64,000 bases of DNA from Deinococcus sp. (GCA_965261005.1 OZ253375.1:672001-736000), one strand, 5' to 3'; positions 45,606 to 56,394 are shown, counted from the stretch's first letter. Program-made: numbers and translations. Notes: generated from the letters alone by a model not told the origin.

Positions 45606-46982
45606 ATGTTGGGTGGGAGCGTCTTGAACCGAACGCTGCTGTGGGGCTGGTCGCTGGGCGCCGCCCTGGTCGCCTGGGGCCACGCCCCCTTGTGGGCCGT
45701 TCTGCTGTGGGCGCTGGGGTTCGCCCTGATGCGCGGCTCAGAGACGGCGCGGGTGGCGGCGCTGACTTGGCCCCTCGGGGTGGCGGTGCTGGCGGGGGCC
45801 GCGCGCTGGCCGGACGTGCTGGCCGTGACGGGGACCTTCGCGCGCCTCGCGCTGGTGGGCGCCGCGCTGAATTTTGCCCTGGACAGGCTGGAGGAGGGAA
45901 GCGTCTGGGGGCTGGGCCTGCTAACCGCCGTGTGGCTGTTCGCGCCCACGCCGCTAGGTTTGATTGGCCTGCTGCTGTGCGCAGCGCTGTACGGCGAGTC
46001 GCGCCAGCGCGGGCGGGTGGGCGTGCGCTCGCGCCCGGCTTTGATTCTGCTGGGCGGCGTGGCGCTGGGGCTGGGCCTTTTCGCGCTGGCGTTGCCGAGG
46101 GCGGAGTTGCCGTGGCAACGTTCCGGCGCAGTTTCCCGAACGGTTCAGGCGCCGGCACCACCAATCCGTTCTGCCCAAGACCGCTCCCCCACCGAAGCCC
46201 CGACCGGTCAGCCGACGGCCCGCCGCCTCAATTTCGCGCCCGCTCAAGTTCCCCTCTCGCTGCGCCTGATCGGCGCTTTGCTGCCCTACCTGCTGCCGCT
46301 GTTTCTGGCGGTGTTCACCTTGGCGCTAATTCAGCTGCTGCGCCACCGGGAGCGCTGGACCAAGGCTCGAAGACACTGGAGCGACTACGTCGCCGCCTTC
46401 GCCCTTGCCGGCTCGCTGCTGATGGGCCTACTAGCCGCCTTGGTGTGGCAGCGCTCGGGAGGGTCTGGAAACGCCTTATTAAGCAATCCGCCGGGCGCCG
46501 GGGGCGCGGGCGGCGCCGCGCTCCAGAACACCGCGCCGGGTTGGGCGGGCGCGGCGGCGGGAGCATTCGGCTGGGTCTTGTTGGCCGGGCTGGCGCTGAT
46601 GTTCGCCGCCCTGATCGTGCTGGCCGTGCAATTGTTGCGCGCGGGACCGGAGAAGAACTTGGCCGTTTCAGGCGATGAAGAGACCATCACCCCTCCCCCG
46701 CCCGCCGAACCCGCCGCGCGGGTGCGCGCCGCCTACCGCGCCATGCTGGGCGCCCTGGCGGGGGCGGGCGTGGCCCGCGCCCCGCAGGAGACGCCGGGGG
46801 AATTGGCGGCGCGGGCCGGCGGGCAGTTTCCCGGCGTAGAGGGCGACATCGCGCGGCTCACGGGCCTCTACCAGCCGGTGCGCTACGGCGCGCGGCCGGA
46901 CGACGAGGGCGCGGGCGAGGCCGAGGCGGCCCTCGCGCGGGTGCGGGCGGGGCTGGACACTCAACAGAAGGAGACCTCATGA
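45606..46982 (+). CDS. Membrane protein with C-terminal DUF4129
   Basis: Multiple TM segments; VRAAY..ML..L...G..R.PQETPGE...LT.LY..VRYG; start uncertain. Confidence 0.75.
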   Translation: MLGGSVLNRTLLWGWSLGAALVAWGHAPLWAVLLWALGFALMRGSETARVAALTWPLGVAVLAGAARWPDVLAVTGTFARLALVGAALNFALDRLEEGSVWGLGLLTAVWLFAPTPLGLIGLLLCAALYGESRQRGRVGVRSRPALILLGGVALGLGLFALALPRAELPWQRSGAVSRTVQAPAPPIRSAQDRSPTEAPTGQPTARRLNFAPAQVPLSLRLIGALLPYLLPLFLAVFTLALIQLLRHRERWTKARRHWSDYVAAFALAGSLLMGLLAALVWQRSGGSGNALLSNPPGAGGAGGAALQNTAPGWAGAAAGAFGWVLLAGLALMFAALIVLAVQLLRAGPEKNLAVSGDEETITPPPPAEPAARVRAAYRAMLGALAGAGVARAPQETPGELAARAGGQFPGVEGDIARLTGLYQPVRYGARPDDEGAGEAEAALARVRAGLDTQQKETS

Positions 46983-47908
46983 ACGAGTTCGCCCAACGTC
47001 TCATCGGCAACGTCGCCCGCGTCCTGATCGGCAAGGAGGAGGTGACGCGCCTGGCCCTGGCCGGCGTGCTGGCCGGCGGCCACTTGCTGCTCGAAGACGC
47101 CCCCGGCACCGGCAAGACCATGCTGGCGCGCGCCCTGGCCGTGAGCCTCGGCCTGACCTTCAAGCGGGTGCAGTTCACGCCGGATTTGCTGCCCTCGGAC
47201 ATCACCGGCGTGAGCGTGTACCGGGACGGCGCTTTTGAGTTCGTGCCGGGGCCGATCTTCGCGGGCGTGCTGCTGGCCGACGAGATCAACCGCGCCACCC
47301 CCAAGACCCAGAGCGCCTTACTGGAGGCGATGGGCGAGGGCCAGGTCAGCGAGAACGGCGTGACCCACGTCCTCACCCAGCCCTTCGTGGTGGTCGCCAC
47401 CCAGAATCCCATCGAGTTCGAGGGCACCTTCCGGTTGCCCGAGGCCCAGCTCGACCGCTTTCTCTTCAAGCTGTCGGTCGGCTACCCCACCCCGCAGGAG
47501 GAGGCCGCCATGCTCGACCGTTTGCGTGAGCGCCACCCCATCGAGACTTTACAGCCCGTCTCGGACGGCGCCGAGCTTCTTTCGGCGCGTGAAGGGGTGC
47601 GGCGCGTTCACGTCTCACCCGAGCTGCGCGCCTATCTGGCCACCCTAAGCGCCAGGACGCGCGAACACGCCGACCTGGCCCTGGGCGCCGGGCCGCGCGC
47701 CAGCTTGGCGCTTCAGGCGGTGGCGCAGGCCCTGGCGTGGCAGGACGGGCGGGCCTACGTCACCCCCGACGACGTGAAGACGGCCGCCCCCGGCGTGCTG
47801 GCCCACCGCCTCTCGTTGCGCACCGAGGCCCGCCTGCGCGGCGTGCGGGCGGAGCAAATCGTGGCCGAGGTGCTGGGGGCAGAGCCAGTTCCGGTCGAGC
47901 AGGGATAA
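46979..47908 (+). CDS. moxR: MoxR family AAA ATPase
   Basis: EDAPGTGKT, QFTPDLLPSD, DEINRA, ATQNPIE, LPEAQLDRF. Confidence 0.95.
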   Translation: MNEFAQRLIGNVARVLIGKEEVTRLALAGVLAGGHLLLEDAPGTGKTMLARALAVSLGLTFKRVQFTPDLLPSDITGVSVYRDGAFEFVPGPIFAGVLLADEINRATPKTQSALLEAMGEGQVSENGVTHVLTQPFVVVATQNPIEFEGTFRLPEAQLDRFLFKLSVGYPTPQEEAAMLDRLRERHPIETLQPVSDGAELLSAREGVRRVHVSPELRAYLATLSARTREHADLALGAGPRASLALQAVAQALAWQDGRAYVTPDDVKTAAPGVLAHRLSLRTEARLRGVRAEQIVAEVLGAEPVPVEQG

Positions 47909-47911
47909 GGG

Positions 47912-49018
47912 ATGAGCTGGCTCCCCTGGCTGGCCCTGCTGGTCATCCTGATCGTCGTAACGCTGCTGACCTACCGACGCCCGCCGCAGGTGCGGCTCAC
48001 GCGCGAGCTGCCGCCGGGCGTGTTCGAGGGCGGGGAGGTCGGGCTGAAGGTGACGCTTCATGTGCGCGCCCCCCTGCCGGTGCGGGTGTACCTGGCCGAC
48101 CCGCCGCCCAGAACCCTGGTGCCGGACGTGGCGCTCGACTTCGGCGGCCTGCTGCGGGGCGAGGGGCAGTACGAATTGACCGCCCGCCTCAAGGCCAATA
48201 AGCGCGGCGTGTACGCTTGGCCGGGGGCGCGGCTGCGCTGGGCCGATCCCTTCGGGCTGCGCTGGCGCGAGGTGGCCTTACCGCACGAGACCCAGCTGGA
48301 GGTCTACCCCGGCGCCCACGGTCTGAAGCTGCCCAACCTGCTGCGTCCGTTGCTCTCGGATGGCGAGCTGACCCGCAGCTTGGGCCTCGACGACCCGCTC
48401 AGCTTGCGCGGCGCCCGGCCCTACCAACCGGGAGACCCGCCCGCCAGAATGTCGTGGAAGCTCAGCGCCCGCGCCGGCACCCCCATGGTCCGTGAGCTGG
48501 AGCGCACTGCCAGCGGCACGCTGCACGTTCACCTCGACACACAAGGTGGCGAGACGTACCTCGACAGCGCCGCCCGGCTGGCCGCCAGCCTGCTGCTGGA
48601 GGCGCAGGAGCTGCGGCTGCCGGTCGCCGTCAGCACGCCCACCGGGGCGACCGAGCCGGGCACCTCGCACGAAGCCCTGCGGCGCGCCCTGCGCCTGCTG
48701 GCGGAGGTGCGGGCCTCGGACGCCGAGCCGAATATTCCCATGCCGAGGCGCGGCAGCAACCTGATCGTGGTGACGAGGGACGCGAACAATACCGTGGTGG
48801 AGGCCGCCCTGCGCACCCGCGCCGAGGCGGGCCGGGTGGTGCTGGTCGTGCTACCGGAGGGGTTTTACCTGGAACCCGGCGAGCTGGGCCGCCCTCTGCA
48901 CGGCGCCCCGCCGGAGGGCGTGCGTGACCTCACGCGGCGCGCGGGCGTCCTGGCCGAGTCGGGCGTGCTGGTCTTCGTGCTACGCGGGAACCAAAGCGTG
49001 CTGCGGCTGGGCGGCTGA
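47912..49018 (+). CDS. DUF58 domain protein
   Basis: DPFG, RPYQPGDP..RMSWK.SAR; follows moxR. Confidence 0.88.
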   Translation: MSWLPWLALLVILIVVTLLTYRRPPQVRLTRELPPGVFEGGEVGLKVTLHVRAPLPVRVYLADPPPRTLVPDVALDFGGLLRGEGQYELTARLKANKRGVYAWPGARLRWADPFGLRWREVALPHETQLEVYPGAHGLKLPNLLRPLLSDGELTRSLGLDDPLSLRGARPYQPGDPPARMSWKLSARAGTPMVRELERTASGTLHVHLDTQGGETYLDSAARLAASLLLEAQELRLPVAVSTPTGATEPGTSHEALRRALRLLAEVRASDAEPNIPMPRRGSNLIVVTRDANNTVVEAALRTRAEAGRVVLVVLPEGFYLEPGELGRPLHGAPPEGVRDLTRRAGVLAESGVLVFVLRGNQSVLRLGG

Positions 49019-49039
49019 GCGGGTGGGGTAGGGTGAGCT

Positions 49040-49657
49040 ATGACCCACATTCGGGCACTCTTTTGGGACATCGGCGGGGTGCTGCTCAGCAACGGCTGGG
49101 ACCGCGACCAGCGCGCCAAGCTGGTCGAGCAGTTCGCCCTCGACCCCGAGGACTTTGGGGAGCGGCACAAGCTGATTGTGCCCGAGTTGGAGGCCGGGCG
49201 CCTGACGCTGGACGCTTACCTCGACCAGACGATCTTTTTTCAACGCCGACCCTTCAGCCACGAGGACTTCGTTCAAGCCCTTTTCGCCCAAAGCCAGCCC
49301 CATCCCGACACGCTGGTCCTGGCGCGCAAGTTGGCCGGACTCGGGCAGGTGCGCATGTACTCGCTGAACAACGAGTCGCGCGAACTCAACGCCCACCGCA
49401 TTGAGACCTTCAAGCTGAACGACTTTCTGCTGGGCTTTTTCAGTTCCTGCTACCTGGGCATGACCAAGCCCAGCCCGCTGATCTACAAATTGGCCCTCGA
49501 CCTCGCCCACGTCGCTCCGGGGGAGGCCGTCATGATTGACGACCGCATCCAGAACGTGGAGGCGGCGCGCCGGGTGGGCATGCACGCCGTGCAGTACCAG
49601 GAGGCAGGGCAGCTCGCGGCGGCGCTGGCAGAGCTGGGGGTGGCGCTTCCCGCTTGA
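49040..49657 (+). CDS. HAD family hydrolase
   Basis: WDIGGVL, KPSP.IY, IDDR..NV. Confidence 0.9.
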   Translation: MTHIRALFWDIGGVLLSNGWDRDQRAKLVEQFALDPEDFGERHKLIVPELEAGRLTLDAYLDQTIFFQRRPFSHEDFVQALFAQSQPHPDTLVLARKLAGLGQVRMYSLNNESRELNAHRIETFKLNDFLLGFFSSCYLGMTKPSPLIYKLALDLAHVAPGEAVMIDDRIQNVEAARRVGMHAVQYQEAGQLAAALAELGVALPA

Positions 49658-49675
49658 GTTGGTCGAATGGTCATG

Positions 49676-50125
49676 TCACCCGGTCGCCTTGCCCGTCCAG
49701 AGATTAAACACGGCAACGGGAAAAACGAGGAAGTCGGCCGTGTTACGCGTCACCACCGTCAGGCGATGGGCGCTGGCGGTGGCGGCCAATTGGGAATCCA
49801 ACAGGGCGGGTGGCTGCCTCCGAACGGTCTCCGCGCCCATCAAACGGCCCCACTCGCGCGCCACATTTAGGTCGAACGGCAACACGTTTTGTCCAAAGCG
49901 GGGCAGCACCGTCGCTTCCAGCCACGTTCGCAGACGTTGCGCCCTGACCGGCTCACGGTTTTGAAGGAGGGTGATGCCGCGTTCCAGCTCTGCCACCGAC
50001 ACGGCGCTGACAAAGGTCTGGCTCAGGTCAAGGCGACCCAGATAAGCTGTCACGCCAGGGTCCGGCTTAGCTTTGGAGGACTCGCTGACAATGTTGGTAT
50101 CCAGCAAAACGGGCGTGATGGACAA
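49676..50125 (-). CDS. vapC: VapC / PIN-domain toxin
   Basis: LLDTNIVSE, SVAEL, LDSQLAATA, VTRNTADF. Confidence 0.92.
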   Translation of the reverse strand: MSITPVLLDTNIVSESSKAKPDPGVTAYLGRLDLSQTFVSAVSVAELERGITLLQNREPVRAQRLRTWLEATVLPRFGQNVLPFDLNVAREWGRLMGAETVRRQPPALLDSQLAATASAHRLTVVTRNTADFLVFPVAVFNLWTGKATG

Positions 50126-50127
50126 GG

Positions 50128-50391
50128 CTACAAGTCCAGTTCACGCAAACCGCCGCTGCGGTCACGCTCCAGCCAGTCCTCGTCCGGCATGTCGCTAAAG
50201 TCAAAGTCACCGCGCAACGCGTTGAGGGCGCTTTGCGGACGTTTTGACTCTAAAATCTGTTCTGTAGGCGCCGGAGTCACCACGGCCACGGGTTTGCCGT
50301 GCCTGGTGATGACCTGGGCCTCCTTTTCGGCTGCGCGGATCAGTTGCGAAAGGTTCGCTTTGGCGTCCTCCATTTTCCAGATTTTGGTCAT
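50128..50391 (-). CDS. Phd/YefM family antitoxin
   Basis: DAKANLSQLIRAA....QVITRHGKPVAVV. Confidence 0.92.
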   Translation of the reverse strand: MTKIWKMEDAKANLSQLIRAAEKEAQVITRHGKPVAVVTPAPTEQILESKRPQSALNALRGDFDFSDMPDEDWLERDRSGGLRELDL

Positions 50392-50392
50392 C

Positions 50393-50413
50393 CTGACCTC
50401 CTATTCAGGTCAG
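50393..50413. promoter_or_regulatory. Inverted repeat, probable TA autorepression operator
   Basis: CTGACCT-N7-AGGTCAG between a TAAACT -10 (minus strand) and the antitoxin start. Confidence 0.55.
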
Positions 50414-50439
50414 TTTACCCCTGTTTCCGCACAGAATTT

Positions 50440-50865
50440 TCAGGCGTCTTGCAAGGTCAGCTTTACATCCACGTTGCCCCGCGTCGCCCGGCTGAAGGGG
50501 CAGACCTCGTGGGCGTCCTGGATCAGCTGTTCGGCCTGCTCGCGCGCCATGCCAGGCACCTTGACCAGCAGCTCCACCTCCAGCGCGTAGCCCACGCCGT
50601 CGCGCCTCAGGCCCACCTGCGCTGTCACCGTGGTCGTGCCGAACTCGGGCAGCTTGTCGCGGCGGGCGACCGCGCCCATCGCGCTTTGAAAGCAAGCCGC
50701 GTAGCCGGCGGCGAACAGTTGCTCGGGGTTGGTGCCGACGCCGCCTGAGCCGCCCAACTCCCCGGGCACGCTCAGCTGAACGGCAAGGTGGTGGTCGGGC
50801 GTCTCGATGTGGCCGGCGCGCCCGCCGTGCGCGGTGGCCTCGGTGTGGTAGATGATGTCGCTCAT
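50440..50865 (-). CDS. ohr: Organic hydroperoxide resistance protein
   Basis: GGRAG, TNPEQLFAAGYAACF, AHEVCPFSRA. Confidence 0.95.
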   Translation of the reverse strand: MSDIIYHTEATAHGGRAGHIETPDHHLAVQLSVPGELGGSGGVGTNPEQLFAAGYAACFQSAMGAVARRDKLPEFGTTTVTAQVGLRRDGVGYALEVELLVKVPGMAREQAEQLIQDAHEVCPFSRATRGNVDVKLTLQDA

Positions 50866-50915
50866 GGGGGCAGGCTAATGGGCGCGGGGCGTAAGGTGGG
50901 TCGGGGCGGTCACAC

Positions 50916-51590
50916 ATGAAGGAAATAAAAAGCGGCGTGCTGATGCAGGCCAGAAACCTGCGGCGCACCTTGAACGGGCGGACGTTGTGGCAGGATTTGA
51001 ACCTGGATTTGTGCGCTGGCGAAAGCGTCGCGTTAACTGGCCCCTCGGGGTCGGGCAAGAGCCTGTTGCTGCGCGCCCTCTCGGGGCTGGACCCTTTGGA
51101 GGCGGGTGAAGTGGTATTGGGAAGCAAAGCGCAGTGGGACTGGGCCATGCCGGCGTACCGCTCGCGGATGATGTACCTGCCCCAGCGGCCGGCACTTTTT
51201 GAGGGCGCGGTGCTAGACAATTTGGGTCGTCCGTTTGCTTTGGCGGCGCGGCGGGGGCAAGAGCTGAATCGGGCCGAGTTGGACCTGCTGCTGGCGAAGT
51301 TCGGGCGCGATCAAGCTTTTTTACAGCTCGACACCGTGACCTTGTCGGGCGGCGAGGGGCAGATCGTGGCCCTGCTGCGGGCACTGCTGCTGAATCCGGG
51401 CATCCTGCTGCTCGACGAGGCGACCTCCGCCCTCGACCCCGATACCGTCCGCGTCGCCGAGCGGCTGCTGCTGGACTGGTCGCGGGAGGGACCGGAACGC
51501 GCCCTTCTCTGGGTCAGCCACGACCCGGCGCAACGGGCGCGGGTAGCTTCACGCGAAATGTCCATTCACATGAGCGAGGTCGCCCCGTGA
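50916..51590 (+). CDS. ABC transporter ATP-binding protein (FetA/YbbL-like)
   Basis: GPSGSGKS, LSGGE, LLLDE, SHD. Confidence 0.88.
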   Translation: MKEIKSGVLMQARNLRRTLNGRTLWQDLNLDLCAGESVALTGPSGSGKSLLLRALSGLDPLEAGEVVLGSKAQWDWAMPAYRSRMMYLPQRPALFEGAVLDNLGRPFALAARRGQELNRAELDLLLAKFGRDQAFLQLDTVTLSGGEGQIVALLRALLLNPGILLLDEATSALDPDTVRVAERLLLDWSREGPERALLWVSHDPAQRARVASREMSIHMSEVAP

Positions 51591-52381
51591 GCGTGCCCAT
51601 CAACACCTGGCAGCTGGTCGCGGCGGCGACCCTCTTGACCCTCAACGTCGCGCTGTCGGCCTCGCTGCGCCTCGGGCTGGGGCGCGAGGTCGTCATTGCG
51701 GGGGGGCGCATGGTGGCGCAGCTGCTCCTGGTGGGCCTGATTCTGGGCTGGGTCTTCGCGCTGCGCACGCCCCTGCCGGTGTTGGGCATCGGCTTACTCA
51801 TGACGCTGCTGGCGGGGCAGGCGGCGGTGGGCCGCGTCAGGCAGCGCTACGCGCGCATCTACCTGGACGCCTTTTTGGCCATCTTCGGCAGCTCCTTTGT
51901 GCTGACCGGCCTCGCGCTCACGGGCATTCTGCGGGTGCAGCCGTGGTTCGAGCCGCGCTACGCGATTCCGATTCTGGGCATGGTCCTGGGCAATACCCTG
52001 ACCGGCGTATCTCTAGCGCTGGAGCGCTTCACGGGCGACCTGAGCGCGCGCCGCTCCGAGATCGAGGGCTTGCTCGCGCTGGGCGCGACGCGCTGGGAGG
52101 CGGCCCACGCAAGCGTCGCGGCGGCGGTGCGCACCGGCATGATCCCGACGCTCAACAGCATGGCCGTGATGGGCGTGGTGAGCCTGCCGGGCATGATGAC
52201 CGGGCAGATTCTGGCGGGCGCCTCGCCAGATACGGCGGTGCGCTACCAGATCGTCATCATGTTCATCCTGGCGGCCAGCAGCGCCCTGGGCAGCTTGGGC
52301 GTCGTGCTGCTGGCCTACCGCGCCTGCTTCGACGCCCGTGACCGGCTCAGAATGGAGCGGCTGACCCAAAGAGTGCGCTGA
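51587..52381 (+). CDS. ABC permease UPF0014 (FetB/YbbM-like)
   Basis: RMVAQLLLVG, IPILGMVLGN, GVVSLPGMMTGQILAG..P..AVRYQI. Confidence 0.9.
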   Translation: MSVPINTWQLVAAATLLTLNVALSASLRLGLGREVVIAGGRMVAQLLLVGLILGWVFALRTPLPVLGIGLLMTLLAGQAAVGRVRQRYARIYLDAFLAIFGSSFVLTGLALTGILRVQPWFEPRYAIPILGMVLGNTLTGVSLALERFTGDLSARRSEIEGLLALGATRWEAAHASVAAAVRTGMIPTLNSMAVMGVVSLPGMMTGQILAGASPDTAVRYQIVIMFILAASSALGSLGVVLLAYRACFDARDRLRMERLTQRVR

Positions 52382-52383
52382 GG

Positions 52384-53682
52384 TCAGTCATTGGCCCCCA
52401 TCGGCGCCTCACGCTGTCCCTCTCCCGCCGACTGGCCCCCGGCTGACTGCCGCAGCGCGCCCAGCAATTGCACGCCGGTGGCGGTCTCGACTTGCTCCAT
52501 CAGGTTCACGATGGCGGCGGGCATGTTGCCGACGGCGCTTTGATAGCCGCGCCCGCTGCCGGAGTCGATCACGCTCAGCTTGTCCACCTGCACCTCGCGC
52601 ACGCTTTGGGCGAACTCGCGCACGATGTCGGGCAGCATGTTGAGGACGTAGGCGCGCTCGCCGCCCTCGCCCGTCTTGGCGAAAGCCTCGACCATCAGGC
52701 GCACCGCCTCAGCCTTGGCGCGGCCCCCCTCGATGATGGGGGCGGCCTCGGCCTGGGCTTGGAGCAGCCTCGCCTCGCGCTCGGCGCGCGCCGGGGTGAC
52801 CACGTCGGCCTCGAAGCGCTTTTTATTCAGCAGAATGCGGTCCTCTTCCAGGGCCTGCTCGGCCTGCACCTTGGCGCGCACGCCGGCCACGGCGGCCTCG
52901 TTCTCCTTGGCGACCGCCACGGCACCCAACTCGGCGGTGCGGACGCGCAGCTTGTTCTGCTCCTCGATGATGGCCTGCTGCGCGATGGCCTGCGCCACCT
53001 GGGCGCGCTGCTTGCCGCGCGACTCGGCCTCGGACGCCTCGGCGTCGCGCTCGGCCTCGGCCACCCGCGCCTCCTTGAGGACGTTGGCGGTTTCGCGCCG
53101 CCCCAGGGAATCGAGGTAGCCATTCTGGTCCGAGACGTTCTGAATCTTGAGGGTGTCGAGCTGCATGCCCAGGTTGTGCATGTCGTGTTCGGCCTCCTGA
53201 ATCAGCTCTTCGGCGAAGCGCAGGCGGTCGGCGTTGATCTGCTCGGGCGTCAGGGTCGCCACGGCGCCGCGCAGGTTTCCCTCCAGGGTATCGCGCGTGA
53301 TGGTGGTGATGTTTTCGCGCCGCACGTCCAGAAAGCGCTCGATGGCGTTCGACAAGTACGGCTCACGCGCGCTGATCTTGACGTTGGCGACCGCGTGAAT
53401 GGTCAGGGGAATGCCACCCTTGGAATAGGCGTTCTGAATGGTGAGATCGAGCGGAATGGTCGTCAGGTCCATCCAAGCGATTCTCTCCAACAAGGGAACG
53501 CGAAAGGCGCGCCCGCCGCGAATCACCCGGTAGCCGAGGGTGTCCCCCTCGTCGGTGCGGCGCGTTCTGCCGGAGATGACCAGCACCTTGTTGGGCGGCA
53601 CCACGATCAGGAGGTTTTGAACGGCGAGAATCACCAGAATCACGCCCAGCACGATCAAGCCGATCAACACGATCAGTTCCAT
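52384..53682 (-). CDS. Flotillin / SPFH domain protein
   Basis: N-terminal TM, LEGNLR..V..LT.E.IN.DR..F, EA-rich coiled coil. Confidence 0.9.
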   Translation of the reverse strand: MELIVLIGLIVLGVILVILAVQNLLIVVPPNKVLVISGRTRRTDEGDTLGYRVIRGGRAFRVPLLERIAWMDLTTIPLDLTIQNAYSKGGIPLTIHAVANVKISAREPYLSNAIERFLDVRRENITTITRDTLEGNLRGAVATLTPEQINADRLRFAEELIQEAEHDMHNLGMQLDTLKIQNVSDQNGYLDSLGRRETANVLKEARVAEAERDAEASEAESRGKQRAQVAQAIAQQAIIEEQNKLRVRTAELGAVAVAKENEAAVAGVRAKVQAEQALEEDRILLNKKRFEADVVTPARAEREARLLQAQAEAAPIIEGGRAKAEAVRLMVEAFAKTGEGGERAYVLNMLPDIVREFAQSVREVQVDKLSVIDSGSGRGYQSAVGNMPAAIVNLMEQVETATGVQLLGALRQSAGGQSAGEGQREAPMGAND

Positions 53683-53699
53683 AGCACGCTCCTTTTTTT

Positions 53700-54209
53700 C
53701 TACAGCCCGTCCCAACGGCGCACGTCCACCCGGCCACCCTCGGCGGCGATCACGATGACCGGCTCGCCCGGTTGCAACTGGTCGGGGCTGGTCGCCAGCA
53801 CGTCCTCGGACTGGCCGGCGACCAGCAGGCGGACCTTGCCCACTTGGCCCGGCGCGGGCGGCACCAAGACCGTGCCGGTGCGCCCGGCCAATTCACCCAC
53901 GCGGGTGTCCAGTTCGCTGCGCCTTGCGAACGAGAACAGCCAGCCGGCCACCGCGCCCACGCTCAGCCCCGCCGCCACCGCGAACAGGAACTGCGCCGAT
54001 CCGGCGAGGCCGATCAATCGCGCGACCACCCCGCCGAGGCCGAAAAAGGCCAGGGCGAACACCAGGGCGCGAAAGTTCAGCCAGCGCAATACCTCGCCCG
54101 TCCCGGCGTGGTCCGCGTCCGCGTGAACGTCGCCGTCATGCCCCGCCAGCAGCGACACCGCCAGCAGCGTTCCGCCCAGCGCCAAACAGATCCAGTAGAG
54201 GGTGGTCAT
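53700..54209 (-). CDS. NfeD-like membrane protein
   Basis: TM segments then OB-fold (GRTGTV...GKV...V.VI); upstream of flotillin. Confidence 0.8.
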   Translation of the reverse strand: MTTLYWICLALGGTLLAVSLLAGHDGDVHADADHAGTGEVLRWLNFRALVFALAFFGLGGVVARLIGLAGSAQFLFAVAAGLSVGAVAGWLFSFARRSELDTRVGELAGRTGTVLVPPAPGQVGKVRLLVAGQSEDVLATSPDQLQPGEPVIVIAAEGGRVDVRRWDGL

Positions 54210-54256
54210 GGTGGCCTCGGAAATGAGTACGCGCCGGGGGCCGCAGGAGTTGCGCT

Positions 54257-54895
54257 TTACGGCGTCAGACGCTCGGTTGACCAACGCTCGCCCTGCCGTG
54301 TGTACACAAAGCGGTCGTGCAGGCGCCCCTTGCGCCCCTGCCAAAACTCGAAGGTTGAGGGAATCACCCGGTAGCCGCCCCAATGCTCTGGCCGGGGAAC
54401 GTCGGCGGAATACTCGCGTTCCAAGGCCCCAAAGCGGTCCTCCAGCGCCTCCCGGTTTTCTATCGGCGCGCTCTGAACGCCGCTGGCGTGGGCGGCCAGC
54501 TGGCTGGCGCGCGGCCGCTTGGCGAAGTAGGCGTCCGACTCGCCGGAACTGACCCTTTCCACCCGGCCCGAGAGGCGCACCTGCCGCTCCAGGTTGGGCC
54601 AGTAGAACAGCAGGGCGGCCTGGGGGTTCTGCGCGAGGTCGCGTCCCTTCCCGCTGTCGTAGTTGGTGTAGAACACGAAGCCCTCCCCGGTGTAGCCGCG
54701 CAGCAGCACCGTGCGCGCGCTGGGCAAGCCGTCCGCGTCCGCCGTGGCGACCGTGACCGCGTACGGCTCGCTGAGGTCGGAGGCGAGCGCCTGCTCGAAC
54801 CAGGTTCGGAACTGCGTCACGGGATCGGGGTTGAGGTCGGCGCGGCGCAGCTCGCCGGCGGCGTAGTCCTTGCGCAAGCTGGTGAGGTCGGTCAT
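54257..54895 (-). CDS. pdxH: Pyridoxamine 5'-phosphate oxidase
   Basis: [39 protein letters not shown]. Confidence 0.96.
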   Translation of the reverse strand: MTDLTSLRKDYAAGELRRADLNPDPVTQFRTWFEQALASDLSEPYAVTVATADADGLPSARTVLLRGYTGEGFVFYTNYDSGKGRDLAQNPQAALLFYWPNLERQVRLSGRVERVSSGESDAYFAKRPRASQLAAHASGVQSAPIENREALEDRFGALEREYSADVPRPEHWGGYRVIPSTFEFWQGRKGRLHDRFVYTRQGERWSTERLTP

Positions 54896-55740
54896 GAGGT
54901 CACCCGACCCTCAAGCTGTTGGCCCCTCACCTGTTGGCCCCTCACCTGTTGGCACTGCGGGCAGAAGTGCGTGCCGCGCTGAGCCAGCACCATCTTCTCG
55001 ACGCCCATTCCGCAGCGCGGGCAAGGCTGGCCTTCCCTGGCGTAGACGTTGTGCCGCCCCTGAAACCCGCCCGGCTGGCCGTTCGGCTGGGCGTAGCTGT
55101 GGTCGGACAGGGTGGAGCCGCCGGCGGCGACCGCTTCCGAGAGCACCTCGCGGATGGCGGCGTACAGCCTCAGCGCTTCCTCGCGCGTCAGGCCCTTTTG
55201 CGCCGGGTGAACGCGGGCGCGCCACAGCGACTCGTCGGCGTAGATGTTGCCCAGGCCGGCGACCGGGCTTTGCGACAGCAGCCACGGCTTGACCGCCCCA
55301 GCTTGGCCCGCCGCCCCGACAAAAGCTTCCAGTTCGAAGGTCTCCCCCAGCGGCTCCGGCCCCATCTTGGCGAGGGTGGGCATGGCCGCGTACTCGCCCC
55401 TCGGCACCACCGCCCACTTGCCGAAGCGCCGCGCGTCCTGAAAGTACAAGGCGCCGCCCTCCTCCAGGTGCAGCGTCACGCGGGTGTGCGGCGTCTGTTC
55501 GGGGCGAAAGCCGCCGGTCATGCCAAGGTGAACGATCAGGTCGAGCGGCTCTCCATCCCCCGCCAAGCGCGCGATCAGGTATTTGCCGCGCCGCTCCAGC
55601 CGCTCCACGGTCCGGCCGTGGGCGAGGTGGGTGTCGCGGTACTTGTGCGGGGCGTCGTGTTCGATGCGCGCGACGCGCCGCCCCACCAGTTGCGGCTCCA
55701 ACAGTCGGCGGGTGGTCTCGACTTCGGGAAGTTCGGGCAC
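54892..55740 (-). CDS. mutM: Formamidopyrimidine-DNA glycosylase
   Basis: [33 protein letters not shown]...CPQC. Confidence 0.96.
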   Translation of the reverse strand: MPELPEVETTRRLLEPQLVGRRVARIEHDAPHKYRDTHLAHGRTVERLERRGKYLIARLAGDGEPLDLIVHLGMTGGFRPEQTPHTRVTLHLEEGGALYFQDARRFGKWAVVPRGEYAAMPTLAKMGPEPLGETFELEAFVGAAGQAGAVKPWLLSQSPVAGLGNIYADESLWRARVHPAQKGLTREEALRLYAAIREVLSEAVAAGGSTLSDHSYAQPNGQPGGFQGRHNVYAREGQPCPRCGMGVEKMVLAQRGTHFCPQCQQVRGQQVRGQQLEGRVTS

Positions 55741-55782
55741 GGGTCAGTCTAGGATGGCGGGCCAGTGGCGTACAGTGGCCCC

Positions 55783-56394
55783 ATGAAGAGGCTGCTCCTG
55801 ACCGGCTTTGAACCCTTCGGCGGCGACGCGGCCAATCCCTCCGCCGAGGTGGCGCGCGCCCTCGACGGCGAGATGATCGGGAACGTCAGGATCATCGGCG
55901 AGGTGCTGCCGGTGGACGCAGCCCTGGCGCCGCAGGCTCTCGGCGCGCTCCTGACCCGGCACGCCCCGGACGCCGCCGTGCTGACCGGCCTGGCGAGCGG
56001 CCGGCCGCAGCTGAGCGTCGAGCGGGTGGCCGTGAACGTGCAGGATTACCGCATTCCCGACAACGCGGGCGTGCAACTTCGGGGCGTGCCGGTGGTGCCG
56101 GGCGGCCCGGACGCCTACCTGAGCGGTCTGCCCATCCCGGCCATTCTGGCCGCGTGGCGCGCGGCGGGCGTGCCGGGATACGTCAGCGACACGGCCGGGC
56201 TGTACCTGTGCAACCAGGTGATGTACCTGGCGCGGCACGTTCTCGGGGGCGGCGTGCCGTGCGGCTTTCTCCACTTGCCGGCGAACGCGGCGGTGGCCCT
56301 CGGCGCGCAGCAGCCCCTGCCTTATCTGCCGCAGGCGGAGATAGAGCGCGGCGTCCGGGCCACCCTCGCGCCCGTGGCGGCGGCGCTCGATTGA
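55783..56394 (+). CDS. pcp: Pyroglutamyl peptidase I
   Basis: TGFEPF, ERVAVN, AGLYLCN, GFLHLP. Confidence 0.93.
   Translation: MKRLLLTGFEPFGGDAANPSAEVARALDGEMIGNVRIIGEVLPVDAALAPQALGALLTRHAPDAAVLTGLASGRPQLSVERVAVNVQDYRIPDNAGVQLRGVPVVPGGPDAYLSGLPIPAILAAWRAAGVPGYVSDTAGLYLCNQVMYLARHVLGGGVPCGFLHLPANAAVALGAQQPLPYLPQAEIERGVRATLAPVAAALD

Noticed and set aside
46979..49018. MoxR-DUF58-DUF4129 operon as a novel system
   Set aside because: Common, widely distributed arrangement; nothing unusual seen
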